Numbered from the stretch's first letter, positions 22,227 to 34,780 are shown. The stretch is DNA of 40,625 bases from Octopus sinensis (GCF_006345805.1 NW_021835358.1:1-40625); one strand, 5' to 3'. Numbers and translations: made by a program. Notes: a model not told the origin generated them from the letters alone.

Positions 22227-22856
22227 TACTGCAATATCTCACTTAGTTATTAAAACAAATTATTTCTCATGTGCTGTATTTCCCATTCTGAAAATAAGAT
22301 TTCAATTTTTTTCTGGAATCAAAATTGCCAACAAAAATATCTGTATGTCTTCGTTTTAAAAGTATATTCAAAGACAGACTTGGTGGTAAGATAATAGATG
22401 CCTATAAGTTGAAAGTGTGCTTATATATATGTGTGTTGCAGGGAGGTAATAACTCACATGCACTCTTCAATAAGTTAATAAAAGGTCCATGATAGTGCAG
22501 CTGTAGCTCCTAGTTTTATAAAAAGTGTTATACAAATATTCAACATTGTTTTATCAGTGTTGACCTACACACTATCCTATTTTGAATCTTAAATACAATC
22601 ATGTTTAGAGATTGCATTACAGTCCCTGAGTCCTATTGAATCATACAGGATGTAGCAAAAATACCTCCCCTGTAATGGTTTGACAAACGTTTCAACAGCA
22701 AACACAATTGCACAAGTCCAAAGTATGTTTATAACTGAAAAAAGAACAAAAGAAAAAGCTGTTTTATTTTAGCTACATGAAGACACTATTACCATCTGCC
22801 TAACTTTACTAGTGCCACATTGATAACCATGTAAAATATGGGCGGATTTTCTGCTA

Positions 22857-23680
22857 CATCATCATCATCATCCGTTTTCCGTGCTAGCATGGGTTGGACG
22901 GTTTGACCAGGGTCTGGGAAGCCAGGAGGCTGCACCAGGCTCCAATCTGATCTGGCAGAGTTTCTACAGCTGGATGCCCTTCCTAACGCCAACCACTCCG
23001 TGAGTGTAGTGGATGCTTTTTATGTCCCACTAGCACAGGTGCCAGGAGGGGCTGGCAACAGCCATGATCGGTTGGTGCTTTATAAGTGCCACCAGCACGG
23101 AAGCCAGTCAAGGCGGCACTGGCATTGGCCATGTTTGGATGGTGCTTTTTACGTGCCACTGGAACAGGTATCACAACTACAATTTCCATCTGATATATAT
23201 TTTGACGTTGATGTACTTGACTCAATAGGTCTCCTCAAGCACAGCAGGTCACCCTACGATCCAAGGTAAGCACAGCAGGCCATCCTGCGATCCAATGTAC
23301 TTTGGATGGGCTGAGGCTTCTATGTGAAGCTGGTGCAGGAAACAGCCATGAACTCACATTATTTGTCAGGTCTTTGCAGTCACAGCATATCTCCAGAGGT
23401 CTCGGTCTTTCGACTTTCGTCATTGACTCTGTGAGACCCAACGTTCGAAGGTCATGTTTGACCACCTCATCCCATGTCTTCCTGGGTCTACCTCTACTCC
23501 GGATTCCTTCAACTGTTTGGGAGTGGCACTTCTTCACACATCTCTCCTCATCCATCCGTAGTACATGACCATACCAGTGCAGACATCTCTCTTGCACGCC
23601 ACATCCAATGCTTCCAGCATTTCTCTCAGGGCACTTACACTCTGCTGTGTGTGCACACTGACATTACACATTCAGTGGAT
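22857..23680 (-). mobile_element. RTE LINE 3' fragment
   Basis: QERCLHWYGHVLRMDEERCVKKC...GRPRKTWDEVVKHDLRTLGL, then the 3'UTR and a (GAT)n tail. Confidence 0.92.
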
Positions 23681-25189
23681 CATCCTGTATTATAAATAAT
23701 GTATTTGCTTCTTTCATAGCTGAACATCTAAAGCAAAACCTACAGCTGTTACATAGATTCGAGTATTTAATGCCCATAACTACTATTTAAGTAGAATTCC
23801 ACTGTTGAGGTTATTGCAAACATTGAAACCTACAAAACCCTATGTCATTTGAGTAGCTTCCTGTTAGATCTGCCATCTCATGGCAGAAAACCATGCATTG
23901 GGACCAGTCCATTTGTCCAGTACACTGGATACACAGCTGTAATATCTTCATTGTTGTTCTCTCTGCAAATGCTATTATAAATATTTACAACTTAAAACAT
24001 ATGGTCCACTTTTTCATATACAAGAAATTTTCTAAGGGAAATTGATTTCATTATGAGCATATAAATGAGTCGGGTTTTCTTAATGTGACTCATACATATG
24101 TATATTAACATACACACACACATGCCATCACTAGAACTGTCAAAATGAATAAAACTTTCATAAATTTTAGCATATAAATACATATGTACTTGTCTAGACA
24201 TGATGCTATATATATATATATATATATATGAGTATACATGCATAAAACAAAGCATACACATCTGCACATGTACTAACACTAAATACTTGCATGTGTACAC
24301 CCATACATGTACAAATATCCTCTGGTATTGTTGAAATTGCAATGAAGGAACTTTGGATCTCAGTTAGAAACCATCTTTCTCAACTGTTGAGAAATCTAGA
24401 AATAAAGCTAAATGATAGCATGCATGCATGCAGACATACATGTATATATATATATATATCTATATCTATCTATCTATATTTATATATATAAGAGAGAGAG
24501 ATTTTCAAGTACAAAGTAAAAAAAGAGAACAGATCCCATCACGAGAGTTGAACCACACATCAATCATTTGCTACACGACTATACTGCTAGTTACTTTAGA
24601 TGTGCTCTGAACAAATTAAACCGAAATCAGCAGTTATGGTACTCCAGCATGACTGCAGCTGTTTGACTGAAACAAATAAAAGAATGAAAAAATAAATGTT
24701 TTACTAGATTTGCTTAAAGTACCCCCACTTCCTGGTCATATTGCATGTGAATCATGGACAATGTCTCAACTACTTAATCACCAGCAGATAGGCTAACCCA
24801 CTGACTGCTAACTCAGTGCATGCTGAAAGAATTCTCCCTTGTTTATAAGTTCAAGCAAATACCAAAATATGATTAATGCTTAATTGTAACAAACAACAGA
24901 TGTATAGTTCAACATCTTTGTTGGAATCTTTTCCCTTTTTTGTCTTACATTATACTTATAAATGTTTCATATATTTGTGTGACCTAATAGTTAATAGGCA
25001 AGGATCACAATCACTGTGTCCTATGTTTAATCTAATTTTGTGTTACTCTTTTATCATTACTTTGGTCAACGCAAGTCTTGTGAGTGAAAAAAGGTAGATA
25101 GGAAATGTGCAATCTGCCTGAGAATTATGTTAAAACTGCAAGTGTCTGTAGAATACTCAGATAATTCATTGTTATTATGATTTATGTAT

Positions 25190-25980
25190 TTACATAATAC
25201 ACACAAACATATAGGTGAAATGTCTTCCATCCTGCACTTATTCTTTTTGAGATTTCAGCATTCATATCAAAGCGCATATTCAATGTGTGTCCTAAGTAGA
25301 CATACTTCTTTACCTCCTCAATTTCATCACTTCCCACCTTTATTTGGCCTTGTGCTACATCTTCTGACCACATATATTTTTTGTTTTCATGCGATTCCTT
25401 CTAAGACTGACTGCTAAGCTGTGAGTGTTAAGTTCTGTCAGCATGGTCTACAGCTGGTCTGTGGTTTCAGTGATGAGTACAATGTCATCTGTGAATTAGA
25501 GGTGTGTTAGTTGCTCACCATTGGTTTTCATGCCATCTGTCCAGTCAATGTCCTTAATGACTGTTTCTAGACATGTGGGTTAAACAACTTTGGAGAAATT
25601 GTATTTCCTTGCTTGACATTCCTTCTCAATTGGGACCCTTATTGGTGGCGAGAGCAAAGCTGTATCTGTTGTGCACCCTGAGTTTACATCTCTGAGCAGT
25701 TTGATGTATTGCACCTCGACACCTTGCATTTCCAGAGATTTCAACACTGTGTCTATGTTGATGCTATCAAAAACCTTTACACAATCAACAAAAGTGATAC
25801 ACTGAGGAAGCTTGTATTTGTTCGCTTGTTCTGTGTGCTGTGTTAGAGTGAACACTTGATCTATCATACTATACTTCTTACAGAAACCTTCTTGCTCTCT
25901 CAGCTGTTGGTCATTGAGGTGTTTTGATAGTCTGGTGACTATGACCTTTGTAAACAGCTTATAGAGGTGAAAACAGAGGC
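25190..25980 (-). mobile_element. Old RTE-clade LINE RT fragment (different family)
   Basis: IDQVFTLTQ...ITFVDCVKVFDSI and IEEVKKYVYLGH...EISKRISAGWKTF. Confidence 0.8.
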
Positions 25981-26099
25981 ATATGGAGTGGTAATTCTTT
26001 AAAAATATTCTTTATCACCCATCTTAAAAAAGATGTGCTCCAAACAAAGCCAGCCCTGATGCTGCTATTTTTATTCCAACCAGGCAGTCCACTAGCACT

Positions 26100-26910
26100 A
26101 CTCAGTTACTGATGTTGACTGTTTTTAGTTAAAGTTACAGCTTTGAATCTACCAAGGTTTATCACTCTTCAGTATTTCCCATTGAGAAAAGTTAATACTT
26201 ATTTTTCCAAAGCTATAATGGAAGTGACAAAGGAGTATATTTTGCTTTATGAGTTCAATAAAGGCAACAATGCAGCAGAAAATGCGAGGAATATTAAGGC
26301 AGTTTATGGGGATCAGACAATAAGCATAAGCCAATGTCAACAGTTGTTCCAGAAATTCTGAGTTGGTAACTATAGCCTAGAAGACAAGCCTCATCCTGGG
26401 GAATCTGTAGAGCTCAATGAAGACTTCCTGCAAACCCTGGTGGAACAAAATCCCATTGTAACTGTTGAGGAACTAGCAGAGAAGCTTGGATTTGGTCGTG
26501 CAGGTCATCAACACCTGCATGCCATCGGAAAAGTCAGCAAATTGGGTTCCTCACAAACTTTCTGAGTCTAATTGTGTGCAGAGAGTGAATGTATGCTCTT
26601 CTTTGCTGCCACGTCTCACAAATGATCTTTTTTGGACTAAATAGTGACTGGTGACGTGAAATGGATTCTCTATAAAAATGTCAAGCACTGAAGACAGTGG
26701 GTAGAGAAAGGAGAAACACCAGTACCCCAGGCGAAACAAGGTCTCCACCCACGTAAGGTGTTGTTATCTGTATGAAAGGATATGGAAGGTTTAATCGACT
26801 TTGAACATTTAAACCCAAATCAAATGATAAAGGAGATCTACTGCGAGCAGCTTAAGTCAACACTAGAAGAAAAACAACCATCTTGGTTTCAAGATTAAAG
26901 GTGCTCTTCC
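26100..26910 (+). mobile_element. Degenerate mariner transposase remnant (Hsmar1/cecropia-like)
   Basis: ILLYEFNKGNNAAENARNIKAVYGD; SLEDKPHPG; VTVEELAEKLG; VTGDVKW; GLHPRKVLLSV. Many stops and frameshifts. Confidence 0.8.
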
Positions 26911-26959
26911 ATCAAGTTTTAACATTCTAGCTCACTTCTACTGTTAAAGGTAGTGCTTA

Positions 26960-27560
26960 GAAGGAGGGTATGCAGTGTGTGATCATCACACTGACCATGA
27001 CAGAGAAAGTTGTCATGGTGATACCTGCTCAGAGGCTTACACTAAGTTGCAGAAAATGTATAGAGAGGAGTGTGTGAGCTGCATACAAGAATACGAATGG
27101 TTCAGATGTTTACAAAATGGCCAAAATATGTCGATATTGACAAATATTCTGAAAGACCTGCAACCTGCAGAACCAAGAAAAACATCGCAGATTTGCATGC
27201 AGCTGTGAGATAAGATCGTCGAATCACCATCTTTGAGTTATCAGAGGATGATGTGCAGATTAGTTACAGTTCAGTTCAGCCCTTTATCACTGAAAATTTG
27301 GGTTTGAGATGCGGGTCTGCTAAGTTTGTTTCCAGTCGACCAAAAAGACACTTGGGGTTCCTGTTGCATAAGATCTCCTTGATTGTGTCGAGAATGATGA
27401 AAACTTTTTGAAAACTTTGCTGAGGTGATATCACCAAACGTTTGGTAAAATTTGATTCAGATTCTCTGTTCAACTTTCTCTGTCATAGTCAATGCAACGA
27501 CCACACCCTACACATTTTCCTTCCAAACACTGCTGTAAGCAGCAGAAGTGAGCTAGAACA
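26960..27560 (+). mobile_element. Degenerate mariner remnant, second family
   Basis: KLQKMYREEC.S..Q.YEWFR..QNG and AAV*DRRITI.ELSE...ISYSSVQ..I.ENLGLR.GSAKFV (HTH region). Confidence 0.7.
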
Positions 27561-27714
27561 TTAAAACTTAGTGTGCATACGCAGCAGAGTTCAAGGTCAA
27601 TTTATGTCAGGCAGCTTCATTCTGCGTGCTTTAGTTTTGTTACTACAGCAACAGTCCAGATACTTATTGATCAGACCACATATACATAGATACATATACA
27701 CCACATGCAACAAG

Positions 27715-27802
27715 CTTGTTTCAGTTTCTGACTACCAAATTCATTTACAAAACCCTGGTCAGTCCCAGGCTATAGTAGAAGATAGTTGTACAAGGTGCCA
27801 GC
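27715..27802 (-). mobile_element. SINE body fragment
   Basis: TTTCAGTTTCTGACTACCAAATTCA...GGCTATAGTAGAAGA is similar to the 15.2-kb SINE. Confidence 0.55.
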
Positions 27803-28783
27803 ATTTAACTACACACTTCTTAACTACACACCCACACCTGTGCCTATGCCAATATGTAAAAAAAAATAAAACATGTGAAATGCAATGTAGATGATGATGA
27901 TGTGCATATTTGTATTTTTCATTTATGTAAGAGAAGTCTAATTCAACATAAATCTAATAAATCATTTGAGCTAATGAGAGTGCCTCTATGGTAGTTCAAT
28001 TTCATTGAAATAACAATTAAATCTCTCCCAAATTACACTTACAATCTTACAAAAAAGGAAGGACACATTGGACAATTAATTCTTTTTCTAACTAAATGTT
28101 GGGATGGTCATAGCTAGTAATGTTTTTGATTATAGGTCTGCTTGATCAGTGCTGTCCTGAAGCTAAACAACAACTTCCTCTGGTGTATAAACTGCTACCG
28201 TATATATGCCTTCTCTATTTGTTTGATTTCTCTTCTCTAAACTGCTGAGTTTTTTAAATGGTCCCTGACAAAACCTCATTGACCTTGTCACTTAAAAAAA
28301 CAACTTTTTCCCAATATTTTGTTAGTTCAGCTGAATTAGTAAGACACCATCAGTGAAATCAGAGACACTAATTTTTTTCCTAAAACCTCAAGCACCCTCT
28401 TGACACACCTTGTTGACCTTTGTTTGTTGCAGCACGAATACAGTAGTTTTTCTTCTATTAGTTGTTAAAACTGTTTTAGTTATAACTAGAAACTGAAGTA
28501 GAAATGCCGTGAATGTATTTTGTTACTGAAATGACTCAAGCTTAACATTTCATATTTAAAGCTTCATGTCAGTTGTAACATATGACTGCTGGCTTGTGAT
28601 AGATGATGCTCTTGGTTTATGCTAATGACTGTGTAGCACATTCATCAGGCTGTATATAATACTACTTGGGTTAATTGTATACATCACAAATCAATAAAAT
28701 TTTGGGATATTATAGCTTAAAAAATATTAAAAATAGGAAAAATAAATTTTGTACCCTGTGTTTTCTATCTATATACATTATAT

Positions 28784-30123
28784 ATACTCTTTTACTCTTT
28801 TACTCTTTTACTTGTTTCAGCCATACGGCTGAGGCCATGCTGGGGCACCGCCCTTGTTGCTACCCTCTCTAAGTCCAGTTTGCCGTGGCTGGCCACTGAT
28901 CTAAGAGAGAGTTTGTAGCTGCTGCCCTTAGGTTACCTTCGTACCTTGCAGTGGGTTCATCTGGGATCCCGGAAAGCAGCTTGTCTAGATGTTTTTTGAA
29001 AATGTCCACATCCGCATCATGTAGATCTCTTAGTTTTCTTGGCAGTTTGTTGAACAGCTGAGGGCCCCTGAACCCCAGGCTATTACAGTATCTGCTCCTT
29101 ACCCTGGATGTGGAAGACGGGACCTTTGGCACCACACAGTGACGTCCTGTACGGGGATTGGAACAGCTCTCAATTCCAAAATTTGGTGCTAGTCCCTCCA
29201 GGATTTTCCATATGTATATCACTGCATATCTCTCTCGTCTTCGTTCCAAGGAGTATAAATTGAGTTCCCTAAGCCTCTCCCAATAGTTCTTTTCTTTCAT
29301 GGTGGAAATCCTCTTGGTGAAATGTCTTTGGATTGTCTCAAACTCTGTGGTTAGTTTGACACTATGCGGTGACCACAGTTGGGAGCAGTAGTCCAGGCGG
29401 CTTAGGACAAATGTCCTCCATAGTGTCAACATGGTCTCGCAGTCTCTTGTCCGGAATGTCCTCAGGATCCAGCCAGTGAGTCGTCTGCACATTGTCGCCA
29501 CCTTCGCGATGTGTGAAGAAAAAGATGCATCGTCACTCATGTCTATCCCCAGGTCCCGTATTGATTTCGATACTGGGATTTCGATCCCTCCTGGACCAGT
29601 ATAGTTGTGTTGTAATGTATATGTGTTTACAGCTTGATATTGTAAGGCTTGAAATTTACCAGCATTAAATTGCATGTTGTTGTCTTCAGCCCATTTGTAT
29701 ATGGCATCCAGATCTTGTTGTAAAAGGTCAGCATCAGCTGGGTTTTTGATTGCCTGTGCTACCTTTGTGTCATCAGCATAGCTAGTGAGGGATGTTGCTT
29801 GTGCTACCAAGGGCATGTCAGAGAGCGCCACCAAAAACAGCAAGGGTCCCAAGACTGTGCCCTGTGGCACCCCGCTTGCTATTGGTGTCTTTCCCGAGAG
29901 GGCTCCATTGGCTGCAACCATCTGGCTTCTGTCCTTCAGGAAGTCATGTATCCACTCACCTACTTTTCCTGTTATGCCGAGTCTGAGTAATTTGTGACAT
30001 ATCACTCCGTGGTCGACTTTGTCAAAGGCCTTCGCAAAGTCGAGATATACCACATCCACCTGTGAGCGATCCAGTAGTTGTTTCAGTACCCAGTCGTAGT
30101 GTTGTAACAGCTGCGTAAGGCAG
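28784..30123 (-). mobile_element. 5'-truncated CR1-like LINE with an uninterrupted RT C-terminal ORF and a 15-bp TSD
   Basis: ORF to stop at 28869: YLDFAKAFDKVDH, GVPQGTVLGPLLF, YADD, YSLERRRER. (GTAAAAGA)n tail. TSD CTATATACATTATAT at 28769-28783 and 30124-30138. Confidence 0.95.
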
Positions 30124-30439
30124 CTATATACATTATATGTAAATACATGATACATACCTTATATACATACATTAAACATATATACATTATACATAAATAC
30201 GTTCTTTTATAAATGCATAATTATATATGTATTTTTATATCCCATTTGTTCATCATTCTGATATATAAATTATAACTTCTCAAAGTAGTGTCAGCTATGT
30301 TCATCATATATATATATACACACACACTAATATACACATATGTATAGTTAATCCAAACATGAACAAAGAGAAAACACAACACGAGGACGTGGAACAAGTA
30401 TAGTGTTATTGGACGCTCAGGAAGGAAAGAAAGAAGGAG

Positions 30440-30476
30440 GATTTAACATTTCAAGCGAAGCTCTTCGTCAGATACA
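30440..30476 (-). ncRNA. Minimal hammerhead-like motif in a PLE-type terminal fragment (~30340-30560)
   Basis: Minus strand: CUGACGA-A-GAGC-UUC-GCUU-GAAAU-GUU. Probably GAAAC-GUU before CpG decay (inference). Confidence 0.55.
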
Positions 30477-30729
30477 GAAAAGAGGAAAAGTCCAAGAAAG
30501 GGAACACGCAGAAAGACCAGAAGGGAATGGGTGAAGAAAAAGTTCTTTCAAAGACAGGAGAGTGCAAGAGAAGAAGGTATGTGCATGCGCACAGGTCTCT
30601 GTGTGTGTGTATAATGATAGCACGTGTGTATGTGTGTGTGGTTGTGGCTGTTTATCTATGTGTGTGATTGTATTTAGTATCGTTTAAGGTCATAGGAAGA
30701 ATTTTGGTAGGAGTGGCTGCCTGTTGTGT

Positions 30730-31060
30730 GTCTACCTACACATGTGCATAGGATAATGGTCAGTAGAAGGTACTGGTAGTTTGAAGTATGTGTAGTGTAT
30801 GTTTTGTTTGCAGTGTGTGTGTGTATATTTGTTTGCAGTGTGTGTGTGTATATTTGTTTGCAGTGTGTGTGTGGAGTAACTGTACTTTACTCTGTGTGCG
30901 TGTGTGTGTATACATGTATGTATAATTGTAATCGTGTATGCATGAGTGTGTATGGGATGTATGTGTGGGTTCATTTGAGTGTGCATGTGTGTATGTTTGT
31001 ATATAATTATATACATATAATTATATGTATATATGGGTTTCATTTATCATGATGGTTTAT
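30730..31060. repeat. (TG)-rich compound microsatellite region
   Basis: Includes repeated TTTGTTTGCAGTGTGTGTGTGTATA units. Confidence 0.8.
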
Positions 31061-31720
31061 TAGTGATTTGGAGTAAATTCTGTATATTTACGTTGATTAT
31101 ATATTATTCCATTCATAATTTTTAAAGAAAACGTTCGATCACCACGTGCGAAGAATTGTTTATTTTTCTTTTGAGTGTTTATGTATGTGTGAATGTGTGT
31201 GTGTGTGTGTGTGTGTGATTGTTTGCGTAATTTATTTATCTGTATAGATGTGGGTGTGAATATATTGGTGTATATATCGAGTTCTGTATGTATGTATATG
31301 TATGTGTGAGCGGGTATATGTATATTGTTTATGAATGTGGGTTGTATGTGTGTGTGTGGGAGTATGAATAAGTAATGTGTTGAAGTATTTGGCTATTTTA
31401 TGTTATTTATTTATCGTTGCCTAGACGTTTTTATGTGTATGTATAGGGATATATAGGTGTGTGAGTTAGTGTATGTATTTAGATATGGTTATATATACTT
31501 AGTTATATGTGTATGCGTATGTGTGTATATATAGTATATTTTTATTTTGTTTTATATTTAATTGTTGATAGGGTTTATTTTAGATTATATATTGATTATA
31601 TATGGATTATATATAGGTATATATGGATTATATATTTATATTTTTTCATTGATACTTTTATTATTTTAAAATTATTTTTTAAACTTATATTTTAAAATAT
31701 TGATATTTTAGATCGGAAAT

Positions 31721-31764
31721 CCACCTGAATATTGTCTTTTGCGGACATGAAACAATTGTAGTGG
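31721..31764 (+). ncRNA. Compact type I hammerhead motif with a G8-to-U core variant
   Basis: CCAC-CUGAAUA-U-UGUC-UUUUGCG-GACA-U-GAAAC-AAUU-GUA-GUGG; all three stems are present. Confidence 0.7.
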
Positions 31765-31827
31765 CGGTTTTTTTACTTTTTATTAAAATTCCTTGTTTGT
31801 TTTGCAAAATAGTGGTTTTGTCTCTAA

Positions 31828-31878
<51 letters not shown>

Positions 31879-31992
31879 TATATACATATATATAAGTTCA
31901 GCAAAACAATTTAGATTCAAATGAATATGGTACTTAATTTAGATGCACCAGAACTTTTTTATGGTATTACCCATAAAGTTATGTGGAGTGAT

Positions 31993-32232
31993 TATAACCA
32001 AAAAATAAGCCATAAGAATGGATCCGGTAATTTAGTACAATTGTTTCATACTATAACAATTTATTAAAGCTGCAAATATTACAGCAAATATAATATGTCA
32101 AGTAATCTTCAGCTGAAGATTACTTGACATATTATATTTGCTGTAATATTTGCAGCTTTAATAAATTGTTATAGTATGAAACAATTGTACTAAATTACCG
32201 GATCCATTCTTGTTGCTTATTTTTTGGTTATA
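31993..32232. repeat. 240-bp loopless palindrome carrying a hammerhead core on each strand
   Basis: Axis at 32112|32113 (CAG|CTG). Perfect over 32014-32211, with 2 mismatches further out. Right arm: CUGAAGA 32113-32119...GAAAC-AAUU-GUA 32178-32189. Confidence 0.95.
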
Positions 32233-32236
32233 CATA

Positions 32237-33527
32237 CGAGGGGCGTTCAATAAGTAATGCCCCTGACCCACTTGCAGTTATTTGATCTAGCTGAAATTTT
32301 GCATGTACAATTATTTATATCTCTATAGATTAAGTGGCAAATCACAGCTCTGAACTAATTGTGGTTTCTGATTTACAGGTGTTTGAACTGAGTCAAGTGT
32401 GAAACGGAGCCTGTTGAGTATCGAGCAGTGATCCGGTTTTTGTATTTGAAAGGACGCACACCACGGGAGACTTTTGATGAAATGAAAGTAACTTATGGTG
32501 ATGATGCCCCATCATATGACCTTGTAAAACGCTGGCATCGTGAATTCAAACATGGTCGGAACTCTGTGGAAACAGCTCCCAGATCTGGTCGCCGCCTTCT
32601 GCCATTGATGAGGCATCTGTCCGTCAAGTTGAGGCTGCCAATTTGGAAGATCGACGCATAAGTATTCGCCAAATAGCCCATGAGGTCAAGATTAGTACTG
32701 GGTCTGTGGAAACTATCATTCATGACCATTTGCATATGCAAAAGGTGTCTGCCAGATGAATTCCCAGGCTGCTCACATCTTTCCAGAAGCAAGAACGCGT
32801 CGATTGCTCGAGGATGAATTTGGAGATGTGCCAAGAATATGAGTCAAAATTTTTCAAAAGACTGATTACACAGGATGAAACCTGGTTCCATCACTATGAT
32901 CCAGAGACCAAAGCCCAGTCAATGCAGTGGACACACCTTGACTCACCTCCTCCAAAGAAGGCAAGGGTGCAGCTCGCTGCTGGCAAGGTCATGCTCACAG
33001 TCTTCTGGGACCAGGACGGAGTAGTGATGACAGATTTCCTGGCAAAGGGTGTCACAATTACAGGAGCCTATTATGCTTCACTTTTGAGGAAATTAAGAGA
33101 AGCTATCAAAATCAAGAGGCGGGGCAAGATCAGCAAAGGCATCCTCCTCTTGCAGGACAACGCTCCGGTTCACAACTCGCGTGTCGCCAGATCAGAAGCA
33201 CAGGCATGTGGCTATGAACTCCTCCCCCATTCTCCTACTCTCCTGACCTTGCACCCTCTGATTTTCACCTCTTCCCAGTCATGAAGTTGTTTTTGAAAGG
33301 AAAGCGTTTCCCAGATGATGCAGCCTTGATTTCTGAAGTCACATCGTGGTTGGAGGACCAAGCTGGGGTCTTCTACAAAAACGGTCATCAGAGTTGCATC
33401 AAACGATGGGAGAAATGCGTAACTCTTGGTGGTTCCTATGTAGAAAAATACTAATAACTGTGCCAAGTTTCGTCGCTCTACTGCTATGGGAAGTGGGTCA
33501 GGGGCATTACTTATTGAACGCCCCTCG
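32237..33527 (+). mobile_element. Full-length (1291 bp) defective mariner, D,D34D
   Basis: Perfect 37-bp TIRs (CGAGGGGCGTTCAATAAGTAATGCCCCTGACCCACTT) with TA on both sides. Transposase motifs QDETW, QDNAP and YSPDLAPSDF. Start codon mutated to ACG (32404), a TGA in place of W in WIPR, and frameshifts. Confidence 0.96.
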
Positions 33528-33768
33528 TATATATATATATATATATATGTATATATTTGTAAAAAATGAAGTTCGAAAATGCTGCTATAGTACACAAATT
33601 TTTAATTTTTATATATACATTATAACATATTTCGGTTCTTGAGAACCTTATCAAAAAAGTTATATATAAAAAAAGATAGTTCATGCTATCAAATATAAAA
33701 AATTCATTTATAATATACAATAGAGTCAGACATCAAAAGTTCATATATCGTGAAGTGAGTTCGTTCAT

Positions 33769-33874
33769 GCGAGTGTAGATTCCATCCAACCGCCTCTCAA
33801 GCTTCTTTGATAGCGTCCAGGTTTCTGAGCCATATAGTAGAATTGGTTCGACTGTCGAACCAATTCTACTATAT
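33769..33874 (-). mobile_element. Short RTE-X-like LINE fragment with a fold-back 5' end
   Basis: 33769-33855 is the exact reverse complement of 40472-40558. 21-bp inverted repeat at 33832-33852 / 33854-33874. Confidence 0.88.
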
Positions 33875-33876
33875 TC

Positions 33877-33926
<50 letters not shown>

Positions 33927-33967
33927 GAAATATATATATATATATACATATAGAAATATATATATAT

Positions 33968-34035
<68 letters not shown>

Positions 34036-34106
34036 GATATATATTATATATATATATATATATACATATAGATATATATATATATAATATATATATATAC
34101 ATATAG

Positions 34107-34139
<33 letters not shown>

Positions 34140-34255
34140 GAAATATATATATATATATATATATATATCATATAGAAATATATATATTATATATACATAT
34201 AGAAATATATATATATATATATATATATATAACATATAGAAATTATATATATATA

Positions 34256-34309
<54 letters not shown>

Positions 34310-34433
34310 GAAATATATATATATATATTATATATATATATATATATTATATATACATATAGAAATATTATAATATATATATATTATACATATAGAAATA
34401 TATATAATATATATACATATAGAAATATATATA

Positions 34434-34466
<33 letters not shown>

Positions 34467-34526
34467 ATATAATACCTATAGAAATATATATATATAATAT
34501 AGAAATATATATATATATATATATTA

Positions 34527-34620
<94 letters not shown>

Positions 34621-34672
34621 TAAATATATAAGACATATAGATTATATATATATATATATATATATACATATA

Positions 34673-34707
<35 letters not shown>

Positions 34708-34738
34708 TCTATATATATAATATATATATATATATATT

Positions 34739-34780
<42 letters not shown>

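Noticed and set aside
28610-28652. Minus-strand CUGAUGA-AUG-UGCUA...UAGCA-UAAAC
   Set aside because: It lacks the G of GAAA and any GUH or stem I; too degraded to call.
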